Origin: Gammaproteobacteria bacterium
GTDB taxonomy: Bacteria > Pseudomonadota > Gammaproteobacteria > Eutrophobiales > Eutrophobiaceae
Assembly (NCBI GenBank): GCA_965222155.1
Contig: CBDCTH010000012.1
Span: 96,001-160,000, forward strand
DNA length: 64,000 nucleotides
Reading direction: 5' to 3'
Part shown: positions 9,382-19,796 of the stretch, one piece after another
How positions within the stretch are numbered: the first letter of the stretch is position 1
How the letters are laid out: each line of letters starts with the position of its first letter
Translations under genes and position numbers: made by a program
The notes under the pieces: model-generated
What the model was told of the DNA's origin: nothing
The model's database searches: none
What the model saw: the letters and a program-made list of their open reading frames with translations, nothing else

Positions 9382-12300
9382 CTAAAATTCGCGATCTTCC
9401 TGGATTATTGCCGCTTCGATCCGACCACTCAGGTAATCAATATATTTTCCCAACCATAGCTGGATTCCGGGAGATGGGATTTCTGACATCCAGCGCCTGG
9501 CGGCATCCCGTTTTTTTGATAGGTATATGCTATCAGGTCCCGTCCATCCGCCCATATAAAAATGCACGCAAAGGCTGCCGGCGATGCGATCATCATCACA
9601 GAATTCTTCAATAAATAAGCGTGTCAATTGACCACCGGCGTTTTCATCAAGGGTTTTCGGTAATACTTCTTGAATTAACCGGAGTCGGTTCTCTATGTCT
9701 GAGTTAATCCAGTCGATAATATCTTCTGCTGGCATGTAGTTAATGGCGCTGTGTTTCGGGTTATCTTCAAATCCAATATCCCCTAACCAGCTGATTAACT
9801 CATAATGATTCTTTGACTCAGATATCAGGAGTTCTGATACGATTTCCCATGCTTCATGGGGGTGGTCCTTTACAATATCAGAGGCGATGTTGTAAACAGT
9901 ATTTCGATAATGAAAAATTCTCCCTATATCGCTCATAATTTCCTTGAACAGATCCATATTCCGGTCAGGATGTTTCTTAAGAAAGCCTTTTGCTATTTTA
10001 TCCCAGTAAAACCCATACATCTGATCATAATCATCGCTGGAGGGCACTGCAGTCAGTACTTTAAAAATCAGATATTCAGGAAAATCGTCCGTGCAGTCCT
10101 CATGAAAATAATAATTGTAGACATACTGCGTACAAATATTGATTGAAGTGCCGTCAGCATGGTGCAGGAGTGCGGTAATGACCTGATGAAGTAGATCACT
10201 TGATAAACTGGTTGTATTCTGTGTAATAATAAATCCACCAAAAGCCACTGGTTCTAATTTCCCGTCCTCAAACAGGGCCAGCATAGCTCGCATGATTGAT
10301 TCGGTAAGACTGGAATCCCGTATGCAATCAATTGCGATTTTGCGAGTTGTTTCATTATATAATAAGCGATGTAGCAGATTTTCCCAGCGCACGGCACTAT
10401 GTGTGCGAACGCCGGCAAGATAGCTTCCCAGGAATTGACCATTGCTATTGGGACTGGCGGATTCGATATAACTCATTATTGGTTCATCAAATTTCGCTTC
10501 GGCTAACTTCCCGCATTCCTTTCCCAACTCCGGCACTCGATATCCGGATGCCTTGACCAGTCTTGGTATATGCTCAGAAAATACGGTAAGGTCCTTCATA
10601 TATTCTTCAGCTAAATCTTGTACTCGTTTGCCGGGTAGTTGTGCTTCCTTAAGTTTTTCCCCACGGGATATATGATCTTCTTCCCAGTTGATATACAGGA
10701 CATAGCGGCAGGTTCTTTCCCATAGTGAGGTGCCGGTTAATACGCTATCCAGTTGTCGGATTCTGGCAAGTGTTTTTTTATCAAGGGGAGCGCTATTTCG
10801 GTGGAGTTGCCGGATAACAAATTGAATCAAAGGGCGACGATTTATTTCTTTGTCGTCAGCAAGCTCAAACAGGATGTCCATTACTTCACCCACCATCGCT
10901 TTGTTATGCACAAACCCACTGGCGGCGCCAACGAATATCTCAGCAACCCGATTCCGATCATCTGCATCAAACCCTTTCATTTCAGCGCGTAGAAATTGTA
11001 ATACCTGGCGCCAATAATCGAATAACTCACCGTATGTCTTGGGGCGCCAGAATTCGATGGCCGGTTTTAGTCCCTGGTACTCAGCGCCAATCATCCGATA
11101 ACCTCCATGCGTCTTTAGCCATTCTTTGCACATTTCCAATCCAAGTGAACGACGACTGGCATCGTCACTCATGACCAGGTCTCGTAAGATTGAAAAGCGC
11201 TTGGACGGTGGCGCCTGTGTCGGCGCCCACCCCGGCCGGACCTGGAATAAACTGAGTAGTAGCTCCTTTGAGTTATTGGAATAGCCAGCATTTTCTGCCA
11301 GTGCCATGGGAATTAGTACAGACACCGCACGGGCAAACAAGTCATCCCATACCGCAATTTTTTCCAAGGCCCATACAATATCCTGGCAGCCGGTATTCCA
11401 GGCATACAGTTCTTCCTGTGACCATGTTTTAATCGTCCTTTCCAATAGGGCCACTGTTGCCCTCGGGTCAGCCTCAGACAGATAGTTCAGGAACCGTAAA
11501 CCGACTTCCGACTTTAAGAAACTCTGATCAGAGAATGGTCCGGTAGTTGATAATATATTTTTGACAACCTTTTTTGCTTGTGGCGCTTCTTGGGCGTAGA
11601 TAAACAATTCTAAAAACCATCGTTTCATACTCTTGGGAACCAGTCCCAGGAAATGCTGAAATTGAAATCCGTGACCATGATTCTTCCAAAATTGTACCCA
11701 TAGGTGTACATGTAACATTTTTGGCACAATGAACAAGGTGTGACGTCCTTGCAGTATGCGTTTGTCTCGATAGTACTGCACAATGACTTGAAATCGGCCC
11801 CAGGTAATCATTGGGTCAACTTGTTTAACGAGGTCGGAAATAAATTCAGCCTCAGCATCCACCGGTACTTCAAACCCAAATCGCTGAAATAATGCAATAT
11901 GACGCAGGACGATTCGATGTTGCGCCGCTTCGTTGCTTGCCATCTCTTTGTGCCCGATAATATATCGATCCCATACGTCAACATCGGCAGGTGCTTTCAG
12001 TAAGTCATCGGGATTACTTTTCAGATTTTCACCGAGCAGGTGGGCAACGCGCGGAGACCCACCGCACCACTTTGCCCAATTACTTAAATCCACCTGTTGT
12101 TGGAGATAGCTGAACAGGATATTTTTGATTTGTTCTTCTGGAAGTTGCGGACAGTGATATATCCGCATGGCGCTGTCGTGGGTATTATCCGGGCCATGAT
12201 CAATCGTAATCAAATTAATGCTGCTACGACCCTTCAACGCTGACCAGATCGATACCCTGTCACGATTATCACAATCATCAATCACTAATGTGACGGAATA

Positions 12301-13461
12301 GGTTCTGTCGGGTTTGAGCAATTCATTGAATAATTTACTCGTTTGAAAATCTTCACCTGCCGACACATAGATGACCGATGGCCCTATTTCATCGACGTCT
12401 AATGCTTCAAGCGCCAGGCGGGTTTTTCCGATACCCGGTTCACCGATGATGCGGATATGTTGAACGGTATTTTCCTGCAGGGCCGTTCTTATCTCCTTGA
12501 TCAATTCTGCCTGTTCATTGCCGAGTTCCAGTACGCCCTGCATCTGGGCGTTATTTCGCCAGCCCTTAATGGGCAGAAAGCTGCCGTCATCCAGACCGAC
12601 CAAGTCACAGCAAAGAGAAGGGTATTTGTACAATTCACCGGCTATCTGTCCTTGTCCGTACACGCGTACCTTTGGATTGGTATAGCCACATTCCTTGAAC
12701 AAATCAGCCAGGTGAGTGGCTGCCTGCGAGTGTTGAATTGGAAGCAAATCATGGCCGAACGTGACGAGAACGTAAGTCCCGTCCTGTTCGAGGCAAGTCC
12801 TTACCTCACTCCCTAAGCGTTGCTTCGATGGAAAGGCACCTGATTTCCCAAGTAATTCTTTCTTCAAGGCGCTGGGTTGCCAGGGTTTAAAAGCCGGGCC
12901 TGTCTTGATTTGATAATACGTACTACCTTTTGCCAACAGAAAACCAGAGGTCGGTGAATTTTCTACCTTTGCGTCAATACCGCTGTCTGGTGCGTTGATA
13001 TTTGAAGACAGCACCACGTCTTTTGGACTAAGCCCGTTGGCGATGGCTTCACATCGTAACAGCCTGAGGAACAGGTTGGGGCCTTCCTGCGAGCCCAATT
13101 GGCCCAGCTGGCTCGGGGTGGGGGCAAATGTCGAATGTACAGGGGCAAGATTTAGATTTATCGAGGCTGATTCTGGATGAAGTTGCACAGCTTGTACATG
13201 TATGCTTACACGCAGACCGGCTTTTTTGGCTAGTGATACAAGGGCATCAAGACTGAATTTATCAATTCTGTCTTTGAGTAAATCGTTCAAACGAGGCTGA
13301 GTAATGCCTAGTGCCTTAGCCTTATCAGCCTGTGTCCCGCCGATATGTTTTTGTATGTGTTCCCGCAAGGCTGCCATCAGTTTTGTCCGTCCCGGCATGT
13401 CAGCGGATGATTCACGACGGGTTCTTGTGGCAGGTTGCTGTTTCTTTACAGTTTTTGTCAT
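9382..13461 (-). CDS. XRE-HTH + PD-(D/E)xK-like nuclease + STAND-type NTPase + helical C-terminus; Avs-like defence protein
   Basis: HigA2-like ALGITQPRLNDLLKDRIDKFSLDAL; DSGIDA...YQIK; Walker A GEPGIGKT; Walker B LVIDD; GxP motif CGGSP. Confidence 0.7.
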   Translation of the reverse strand: MTKTVKKQQPATRTRRESSADMPGRTKLMAALREHIQKHIGGTQADKAKALGITQPRLNDLLKDRIDKFSLDALVSLAKKAGLRVSIHVQAVQLHPESASINLNLAPVHSTFAPTPSQLGQLGSQEGPNLFLRLLRCEAIANGLSPKDVVLSSNINAPDSGIDAKVENSPTSGFLLAKGSTYYQIKTGPAFKPWQPSALKKELLGKSGAFPSKQRLGSEVRTCLEQDGTYVLVTFGHDLLPIQHSQAATHLADLFKECGYTNPKVRVYGQGQIAGELYKYPSLCCDLVGLDDGSFLPIKGWRNNAQMQGVLELGNEQAELIKEIRTALQENTVQHIRIIGEPGIGKTRLALEALDVDEIGPSVIYVSAGEDFQTSKLFNELLKPDRTYSVTLVIDDCDNRDRVSIWSALKGRSSINLITIDHGPDNTHDSAMRIYHCPQLPEEQIKNILFSYLQQQVDLSNWAKWCGGSPRVAHLLGENLKSNPDDLLKAPADVDVWDRYIIGHKEMASNEAAQHRIVLRHIALFQRFGFEVPVDAEAEFISDLVKQVDPMITWGRFQVIVQYYRDKRILQGRHTLFIVPKMLHVHLWVQFWKNHGHGFQFQHFLGLVPKSMKRWFLELFIYAQEAPQAKKVVKNILSTTGPFSDQSFLKSEVGLRFLNYLSEADPRATVALLERTIKTWSQEELYAWNTGCQDIVWALEKIAVWDDLFARAVSVLIPMALAENAGYSNNSKELLLSLFQVRPGWAPTQAPPSKRFSILRDLVMSDDASRRSLGLEMCKEWLKTHGGYRMIGAEYQGLKPAIEFWRPKTYGELFDYWRQVLQFLRAEMKGFDADDRNRVAEIFVGAASGFVHNKAMVGEVMDILFELADDKEINRRPLIQFVIRQLHRNSAPLDKKTLARIRQLDSVLTGTSLWERTCRYVLYINWEEDHISRGEKLKEAQLPGKRVQDLAEEYMKDLTVFSEHIPRLVKASGYRVPELGKECGKLAEAKFDEPIMSYIESASPNSNGQFLGSYLAGVRTHSAVRWENLLHRLLYNETTRKIAIDCIRDSSLTESIMRAMLALFEDGKLEPVAFGGFIITQNTTSLSSDLLHQVITALLHHADGTSINICTQYVYNYYFHEDCTDDFPEYLIFKVLTAVPSSDDYDQMYGFYWDKIAKGFLKKHPDRNMDLFKEIMSDIGRIFHYRNTVYNIASDIVKDHPHEAWEIVSELLISESKNHYELISWLGDIGFEDNPKHSAINYMPAEDIIDWINSDIENRLRLIQEVLPKTLDENAGGQLTRLFIEEFCDDDRIAGSLCVHFYMGGWTGPDSIYLSKKRDAARRWMSEIPSPGIQLWLGKYIDYLSGRIEAAIIQEDREF

Positions 13462-13697
13462 ACCGACGTTTACCGAACAATAATAATGAGTTTAATTTCA
13501 AAAATTATATCAGTATAGATATAAAATATACAAGATATTCAGATAAATCCATCAAATAAGGATAAATGCAGAAATTATCTTGTTACTATTGTAATTATAG
13601 CTATACTAACAATTAGTTATAGTTAATTCATTTACTATCATTGTATGAATTGACCGATCCGATATTATAATTTCACTATTTAATATATTTTCAACGT

Positions 13698-14774
13698 TTG
13701 TTGATTGTTTATATTTTAATGAAAAAAGAAGATATTCAAATTGAAGAAGCAAGATGGGTAATTTTATCCACTTTACAACGAATTCCGGAGTTAATGGATA
13801 TCCGGGTTGACCTGGAAACCTGGACAGAGAAGTATAGAGCCGACCTCCTCGTCTCGTTTCGAAAACAGAACGACAGGAAGACCTTACTGGTTAAAATCGG
13901 AGCATCCGGTCAGCCCCGTTCAGCACGTGCCGCCGTGAACCAGTTGATAATACTTCGACAGAATCGACCTGGTGGCTATGGTGTATTTGCTGCGCCGTAT
14001 ATCTCTGATGCCTCAGCCGAGATATGTAAGAGTAGTGGGGTCGGCTATATCGACTTCTCCGGCAATTGCTGGTTACATTTCGACTCGATATTTATAGAGA
14101 TAAAGGGAAATCCTAATCGTTTTCTTCGAAAAAGCGGGCTCAAGTCGTTGTCCAAACCCAAAGCCGAGCGAATACTGCGTGCTTTGTTATGTGAACCGGG
14201 CCGTCAGTGGTTGGCAATGGAACTCGCCGAAGCAGCCGATGTCAGTATCGGTCAGGTTTCTAACGTTCGCAAGCTGCTGCTGGAGCGTGAATGGATACAG
14301 GATCAGAAACGAGGGATCAAGCTGACGGAGCCTTTCCAACTGCTTGCTTCCTGGTTAACCGAGTATCAATCGGACCGGAATACTGTGTACGAGTTTTATG
14401 ATATGGGTTCGACAGGGGAAATTGAGTCAATGATCGGGGATTTCTGTAAACGGTCGCAGACTCGCTATGCCCTCACCTGTTTTTCCGGTGCGTCGCGTTA
14501 TGCGCCGTTTACAACCTATAGAACGGTGGCGGTTTATATGGATATTTCAGAGAGAAATATAAAGGAACTGCCATTCAAGCGGGTGACATCCGGCGCCAAT
14601 ATCAGGATTATTTCGCCCTATGATGACGGGGTATTTTACCGAACTCGTAATATACGGGGACAGTTCGTGGTATCACATGTACAGTGTTATCTTGATCTCA
14701 AGGATGAAAAGGCAAGGGGTGAAGAAGGGGCTGAAGCCTTGCTTGAACAGGTGATTAAGCCATCATGGCAATAA
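13698..14774 (+). CDS. Type IV TA AbiEi-like antitoxin / winged-HTH protein
   Basis: APYIS...GYIDFSGN, wHTH ELAEAADVSIGQVSNV, C-terminal VQCYLDL...RGEEGAE. Confidence 0.65.
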   Translation: MLIVYILMKKEDIQIEEARWVILSTLQRIPELMDIRVDLETWTEKYRADLLVSFRKQNDRKTLLVKIGASGQPRSARAAVNQLIILRQNRPGGYGVFAAPYISDASAEICKSSGVGYIDFSGNCWLHFDSIFIEIKGNPNRFLRKSGLKSLSKPKAERILRALLCEPGRQWLAMELAEAADVSIGQVSNVRKLLLEREWIQDQKRGIKLTEPFQLLASWLTEYQSDRNTVYEFYDMGSTGEIESMIGDFCKRSQTRYALTCFSGASRYAPFTTYRTVAVYMDISERNIKELPFKRVTSGANIRIISPYDDGVFYRTRNIRGQFVVSHVQCYLDLKDEKARGEEGAEALLEQVIKPSWQ

Positions 14775-15094
14775 CAAAGGTTGACTATCCCGAATTAACT
14801 GTCAGCGAAAAAAAGAAATTCTGAAGCAGCGTAATTATTGGATAAACCGAAACGTGGTCGAGTATCATGAGTAAAATATTGAATCCTTGGAATAACATCA
14901 AGTCCCGGTTGGCGGATTAACTCGTTAAAAAGTTAAGCGGGCTGCTGAAATGATGAGGAGAAAAGAATACAAGGACCCATCAGTACCTGTACAGTTGGCT
15001 GGAAGGAAACCATGAACAAAGTATCGCCTGCAAAGGGACAAAGCGCCGCTCTGGTTGCGGAGAATGTTGATTGACTGAAAGGGATGTATGAGAC

Positions 15095-16216
15095 ATGACA
15101 GAAAGTCAAACCGGACACCTGAAACGCATAGCCATCAAGGGCTTCAAATCTATCGGAGAACTGGAACTCAACATGCAGCCAGTCAATATACTGATTGGTG
15201 CAAATGGGGCGGGGAAAAGTAATTTCATCTCCGTGTTTACTTTTTTAAGCCATCTGTCCCAGGGAAAGTTACGAAATTATGTGGAAATGGAAGGCGGCGC
15301 GGAACGGTTTTTCCATTTCGGTACTCGCCAGACCCCCAGCATAACCATTGAACTCGAAGTTGAGAACAACGGCTATTACGTGGAATTTTCACCAAACCTG
15401 GATGATGATTCACTGGTCTTCAACAAGGAATACTGCACATTTGTCAGCTCTTCCAGGAAATGGCAGCTTTATCCGGCAAAAGGTGAAAGCGGTTTTGTAT
15501 CAGGTCAGCAGGCTGATAGTGGATCGGTAAAGTTTTACACGCGTAGCTAGCTTGAAAAATGTCGGATTTATCACTTTCACGACACCAGCAGCCAGGCACG
15601 ATTCAAGAAAAACAACCCACTGTCAAACGATTATTACCTGGAGAAAGATGCGGCGAATATCGCGACATTTCTCAATCGACTCAAGAATTGTGATGACAAT
15701 GATTACAGGAACTCATACCAACAAATAGTTTCTGCGGTCAAAGCTGTAGCGCCATTTTTTCATGACTTTTATTTGCAACCGACTGGCAACAGTGGAGATG
15801 AAAATATCCTCTTGCGCTGGACCCATGCACAGCATGAGTCGCCTTTCAGCGCGAATGTCCTGTCCGATGGAACCGCGCGCTTCATATGCTTGGCGACACT
15901 ATTTTTACAGCCGGAATCATTGAGACCCGGCACCATAATTCTGGATGAACCGGAGCTTGGCCTGCACCCTGCCGCACTGGATGTGCTGGCAGATATTATC
16001 CATGCGACAGCAAGGAAAACACAGGTAATTTGCTCTACGCAGTCAATCGCTTTTGCTAATCTTTTTACTGCAGAATCATTTATTGTGACTGATGCCGAGA
16101 AAGGCGTATCGCATTTCAGACGTCTTGATGATGACAGCCTGAAGCATTGGCTGGCAGAATACGGCATCGGCGACGTATGGGCTAAAAACCTGATTGGAGG
16201 TCGCCCGGCATGGTAA
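15095..16216 (+). pseudogene. AAA_21/ABC-type ATPase with in-frame TAG at 15548-15550
   Basis: IKGFKSI, Walker A GANGAGKSN, ...YTRS*LEKCRIYHFHDT, LSDGT, ILDEPELGLHP in one frame. Confidence 0.85.
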
Positions 16217-17366
16217 GGCTGGCCATATCAGTGGAAGGCTCTACAGAAGAACGTTTTATGAAGCTGGTAATTGTCCCGTATTTGGAGAAACATAAAATAT
16301 TTGCTACGCCCTTGCTGATTAGTAAAAACGGTGGCGATGTTTCTCTATCACGCATTAAAAAGGATTTGAATAACCTTGCGCGCAGTTTTGATAAAGTTAC
16401 GACATTTTATGACTTTTACGGATTCCATGGCAAGGAAGAGTATTTTCCAACATGAAATGAGCCTGAAGGCGGGACTGTCGCAGACAGGCGTTCGGTGTTC
16501 TGAGTGATGCCGATACGTCAAGACGGGCGGGAGAGGGCTGATCATAGCACTACAAGCACGCTGTTTAAAGGATCAGGGACCAGGGGGATCCGGCGCGCGA
16601 CACGTTGAATAAAAGATTGCCTGGCTGGTATTACATAATGCGGGCGATCACAGTCTGATCATGGCGGGCTTATCTCAATGACATGATCGCAATCTATTGT
16701 CAGCGCTGTGGCACGCGCCAGCGACTGAAAGCTGCAGCGTAAACAGCGGGACGGCTATGTATCATAGATAATACAAAGCGGGCTGATCACTCTGTTCCAC
16801 AGGCGGGCTGCTTTGAAAATTATCCTATCCAAGCCGTCTATTTAACTGGCCTGAAACCGTTGTCGATATGGACAGGGTCATCACTGGCGGGCTGTCATAA
16901 GAAATGTGCGGCCTGGTAATAAAGTTAATGTTGTGACCGCCTGTCCGACGAACTCAATGGTGGATATCGGGGGGGGGGGGGGTCAAAATGCCCTCCTCCC
17001 CCCGTTACTGTACTTTCGGGGTCGAAAATACAGTAACACTTTTGCACGGCTGTTTTTAAGCCCTCCTGAAGCCAACCAGACCACTTGCCCGCTGTTCAAC
17101 GGCACACCCGTTTTTCTGCCCGCAAATCTCGTCCATTTCCTGCCTGTGCCGTCCCCGTTCCTCACCCACACCTACCGGGCCCGCCTGAGACGTGAAACAC
17201 GCACAAAGCGAACCCACAGGAACAGGGCTCTTATCGTACCGCTACAGGGTCTCAACGGTGCCTGCCGGGACGTCTGTTGCATTCCATCGTTGTTCTCTAT
17301 AGCGTAGTCTGCTTTAACCCCTGCCGGTGCTGGCGCTCAAAATTTCCGAGGCCACTAACAGATATA

Positions 17367-17395
17367 TTGACAGTATTGATACATTTCGCTATAAT
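17367..17395 (+). promoter_or_regulatory. Consensus sigma70 promoter of the abiE operon
   Basis: TTGACA-N17-TATAAT; flanked by imperfect inverted repeat TAACAGATATATT / AATATATGTTA (possible AbiEi operator). Confidence 0.8.
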
Positions 17396-17421
17396 ATATG
17401 TTAATTAACAGTGCTGATGCC

Positions 17422-17958
17422 ATGAAACAGATTGACGCCATTCATCACTTCATGCGCCTGGACGACAGGGAAGGCGCCCATGTCTTCACGAAGAACGACC
17501 TCAGAGCGATTTTTGCCGATGACGAGCCCGCCCTGAATGCAGGCATTAATAGGCTGGTCAAAAGCGGTGTGCTGCAGCGTGCGGTAAACGGCGTGTATGT
17601 CAATGCCCTGTCGCCGAACCGCGGGGGTCACACCCTGGAGCATATTGCCGCGGCGATGCGCCGTAGCGAGTACAGTTATGTCAGCCTGGAGTCCGCCCTG
17701 TCCGAGTACGGCGTTATCTCGCAGATCCCGATGGTTATGACCGTCATGACCACCGGCCGAAGGGGCGACTACGAAACGCCCTACGGGGTCATTGAGTTTA
17801 CGCATACGGCGCGGCCCACGCCGGACGTGATTAACGGGACGGTCGACGCAGGGCGCCCGCTCAGACTGGCGACCAAGCAGACGGCCTACCGGGACCTGAA
17901 GCGCGTGGGGCGAAACCTGGACCTGGTTGATGAGGAAGCGCTCCATGAAGAGGACTGA
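17422..17958 (+). CDS. Type IV TA antitoxin AbiEi
   Basis: YSYVSLESALSEYGVISQIP, TPYGVIEFTH; ATG 17422 fits the promoter position better than 17398. Confidence 0.82.
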   Translation: MKQIDAIHHFMRLDDREGAHVFTKNDLRAIFADDEPALNAGINRLVKSGVLQRAVNGVYVNALSPNRGGHTLEHIAAAMRRSEYSYVSLESALSEYGVISQIPMVMTVMTTGRRGDYETPYGVIEFTHTARPTPDVINGTVDAGRPLRLATKQTAYRDLKRVGRNLDLVDEEALHEED

Positions 17959-18871
17959 CAATACCCTCAACGCCTTGGTTGACATGGCCGTGAGAGACGG
18001 CCATGACGAGAACAGCCGCCCCGTCATCCAGAAGGAATTGCTCCACTATGACATCCTGTTTTACTTGAAGCAATCCGGCCTGCTGAACGACCTGGTTTTT
18101 CAGGGCGGTACATCCCTGCGGTTGTGCTACGGCTCCGCCCGGTACAGCGAGGATTTGGATTTCGTTGGCGGCAGGGATTTCAGCTCGTCCTCGCTAACTG
18201 AGCTGAAAAGCCTTATTGAAGAGTACCTAAGCGAAAGATATGGCCTGGAGGTCACAGTCAAGGAGCCAGCCACGCTGAAAGCGGAGGAACCGGCACATGC
18301 GGCACTGAACGTCGACAAATGGCAGGTGTCTGTGGTCACCGAACCGGGGCGACCGGATTTGCCGAGACAGCGCATCAAGATTGAGGTCGCCAACATCCCG
18401 GCCTACACGTGTGAAGATCTGCAACTGAACGCCAATTACCGGTTCCTGCCGGACGGCTACAAAACCGTAAGGATTGGAGTGGAAGCAATGGATGAGATCA
18501 TGGCCGACAAGCTGGTTGCGCTGGCGGCCTCACAGAAATACGTACGCTACCGAGATATCTGGGATCTGGTATGGTTGAAGCAGATGGGCTGCACTGTTCG
18601 GCCTGACTTGGTGGAGTGCAAAATCGAGGACTACGGGGAGACCGATTATCAGGCACAGTTGGACCGGATCATCGACCAAGCCCCGTCCCTTATTGCTGAC
18701 GGAGCATTCGGGCGGCAGATGAGGCGGTTTTTGCTGAGAGAGACGTACAATCGCGCCTTTGGCGAGCCGGGATACGAACAGAGAGTCACCCAATCAATCA
18801 CAGGCATGTACAAGGAACTAAGGTCTAGGCTCTATTCTTCGCCTGTGGAGGATGTTTCCTACTCTCTGTAG
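17945..18871 (+). CDS. Type IV TA toxin AbiEii (nucleotidyltransferase)
   Basis: KELLHYDIL, FQGGTSLRLCYGSARYSEDLDF, ADKLVAL, RDIWD. Confidence 0.88.
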   Translation: MKRTDNTLNALVDMAVRDGHDENSRPVIQKELLHYDILFYLKQSGLLNDLVFQGGTSLRLCYGSARYSEDLDFVGGRDFSSSSLTELKSLIEEYLSERYGLEVTVKEPATLKAEEPAHAALNVDKWQVSVVTEPGRPDLPRQRIKIEVANIPAYTCEDLQLNANYRFLPDGYKTVRIGVEAMDEIMADKLVALAASQKYVRYRDIWDLVWLKQMGCTVRPDLVECKIEDYGETDYQAQLDRIIDQAPSLIADGAFGRQMRRFLLRETYNRAFGEPGYEQRVTQSITGMYKELRSRLYSSPVEDVSYSL

Positions 18872-19796
18872 GCGTGCTGAAAGCTTTTAACTGGCGCTGA
18901 CTGACTAATCGAAAAACAGCAGATTTGATACTGAATCATCCAGATCCGGGCTTGATTGCCAATTTTGAAGTAGATTAGTCTGACTTGTAATTTACCGGAT
19001 TATTCATTCAAACCTATGCAGGGAGGCGTTAAGGACAATGACCATAGACCCCGAATTACCCATCAGGCTCATCCTGGGACTTATTGATCTTTTTCCTGAA
19101 TTAGGCCCAAGTCAGTTGAGTGGAAAATAAATCTGTCTACTTTTTTTACATATTCTTTTGAAAGAAAATTGCATATCTTTTTCTTCCAAAAATAGTGGGT
19201 GTCCAAGTTCAATACATATTAAACAAAGCTTATGTTGGCGAAGACCGTATCAGGCAGTTTGTGTGAGTAGATAATGATACGCTCTGTACAATAGATGCAC
19301 CCACGTGCCATTCCCGCGCAAGTTTACCCCTGTATGGCGTTGAGCAGGGGCGGGAATCCAGTCAATAAACCTTTCTTATGATAAGGAATAAGTTGTCCAC
19401 TGGATTTCCGTTCTTTGGAATTCTGGGGACACGATACCTAATTACCGTTTGTTTCACTCAGGCCTTACCTTTCTCCCCTCCCATCCAATATCCCGTGAAT
19501 TAAGTAGGGGTTGCTGGCGCCCGCGGCGGTACCCTGATCACAGCTGCCCGGTGTGGACCCGCAGATCCCGACCCCCCGGGTGCATGGGGTATCGTCTGCA
19601 AAACTGGACCAAACGAACGCATGCCGCTTCATTCCGTTGAAAAACGGACATCCAATCTAATCCTGACGGTTAATATAACTGTTTGAGAGTATACTGGTTA
19701 TTATGAATATTTATTAATGTGTTTGATTGTTTACTAATCATACAAACTGTCAGCAAAAAATCCGAACGGCTTGATATTCAACAATACCAGACTGGC

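Noticed and set aside
16906-17307. 133-aa ORF with poly-Gly
   Set aside because: Arises from the G14 run; no RBS or recognisable motifs; likely non-coding.
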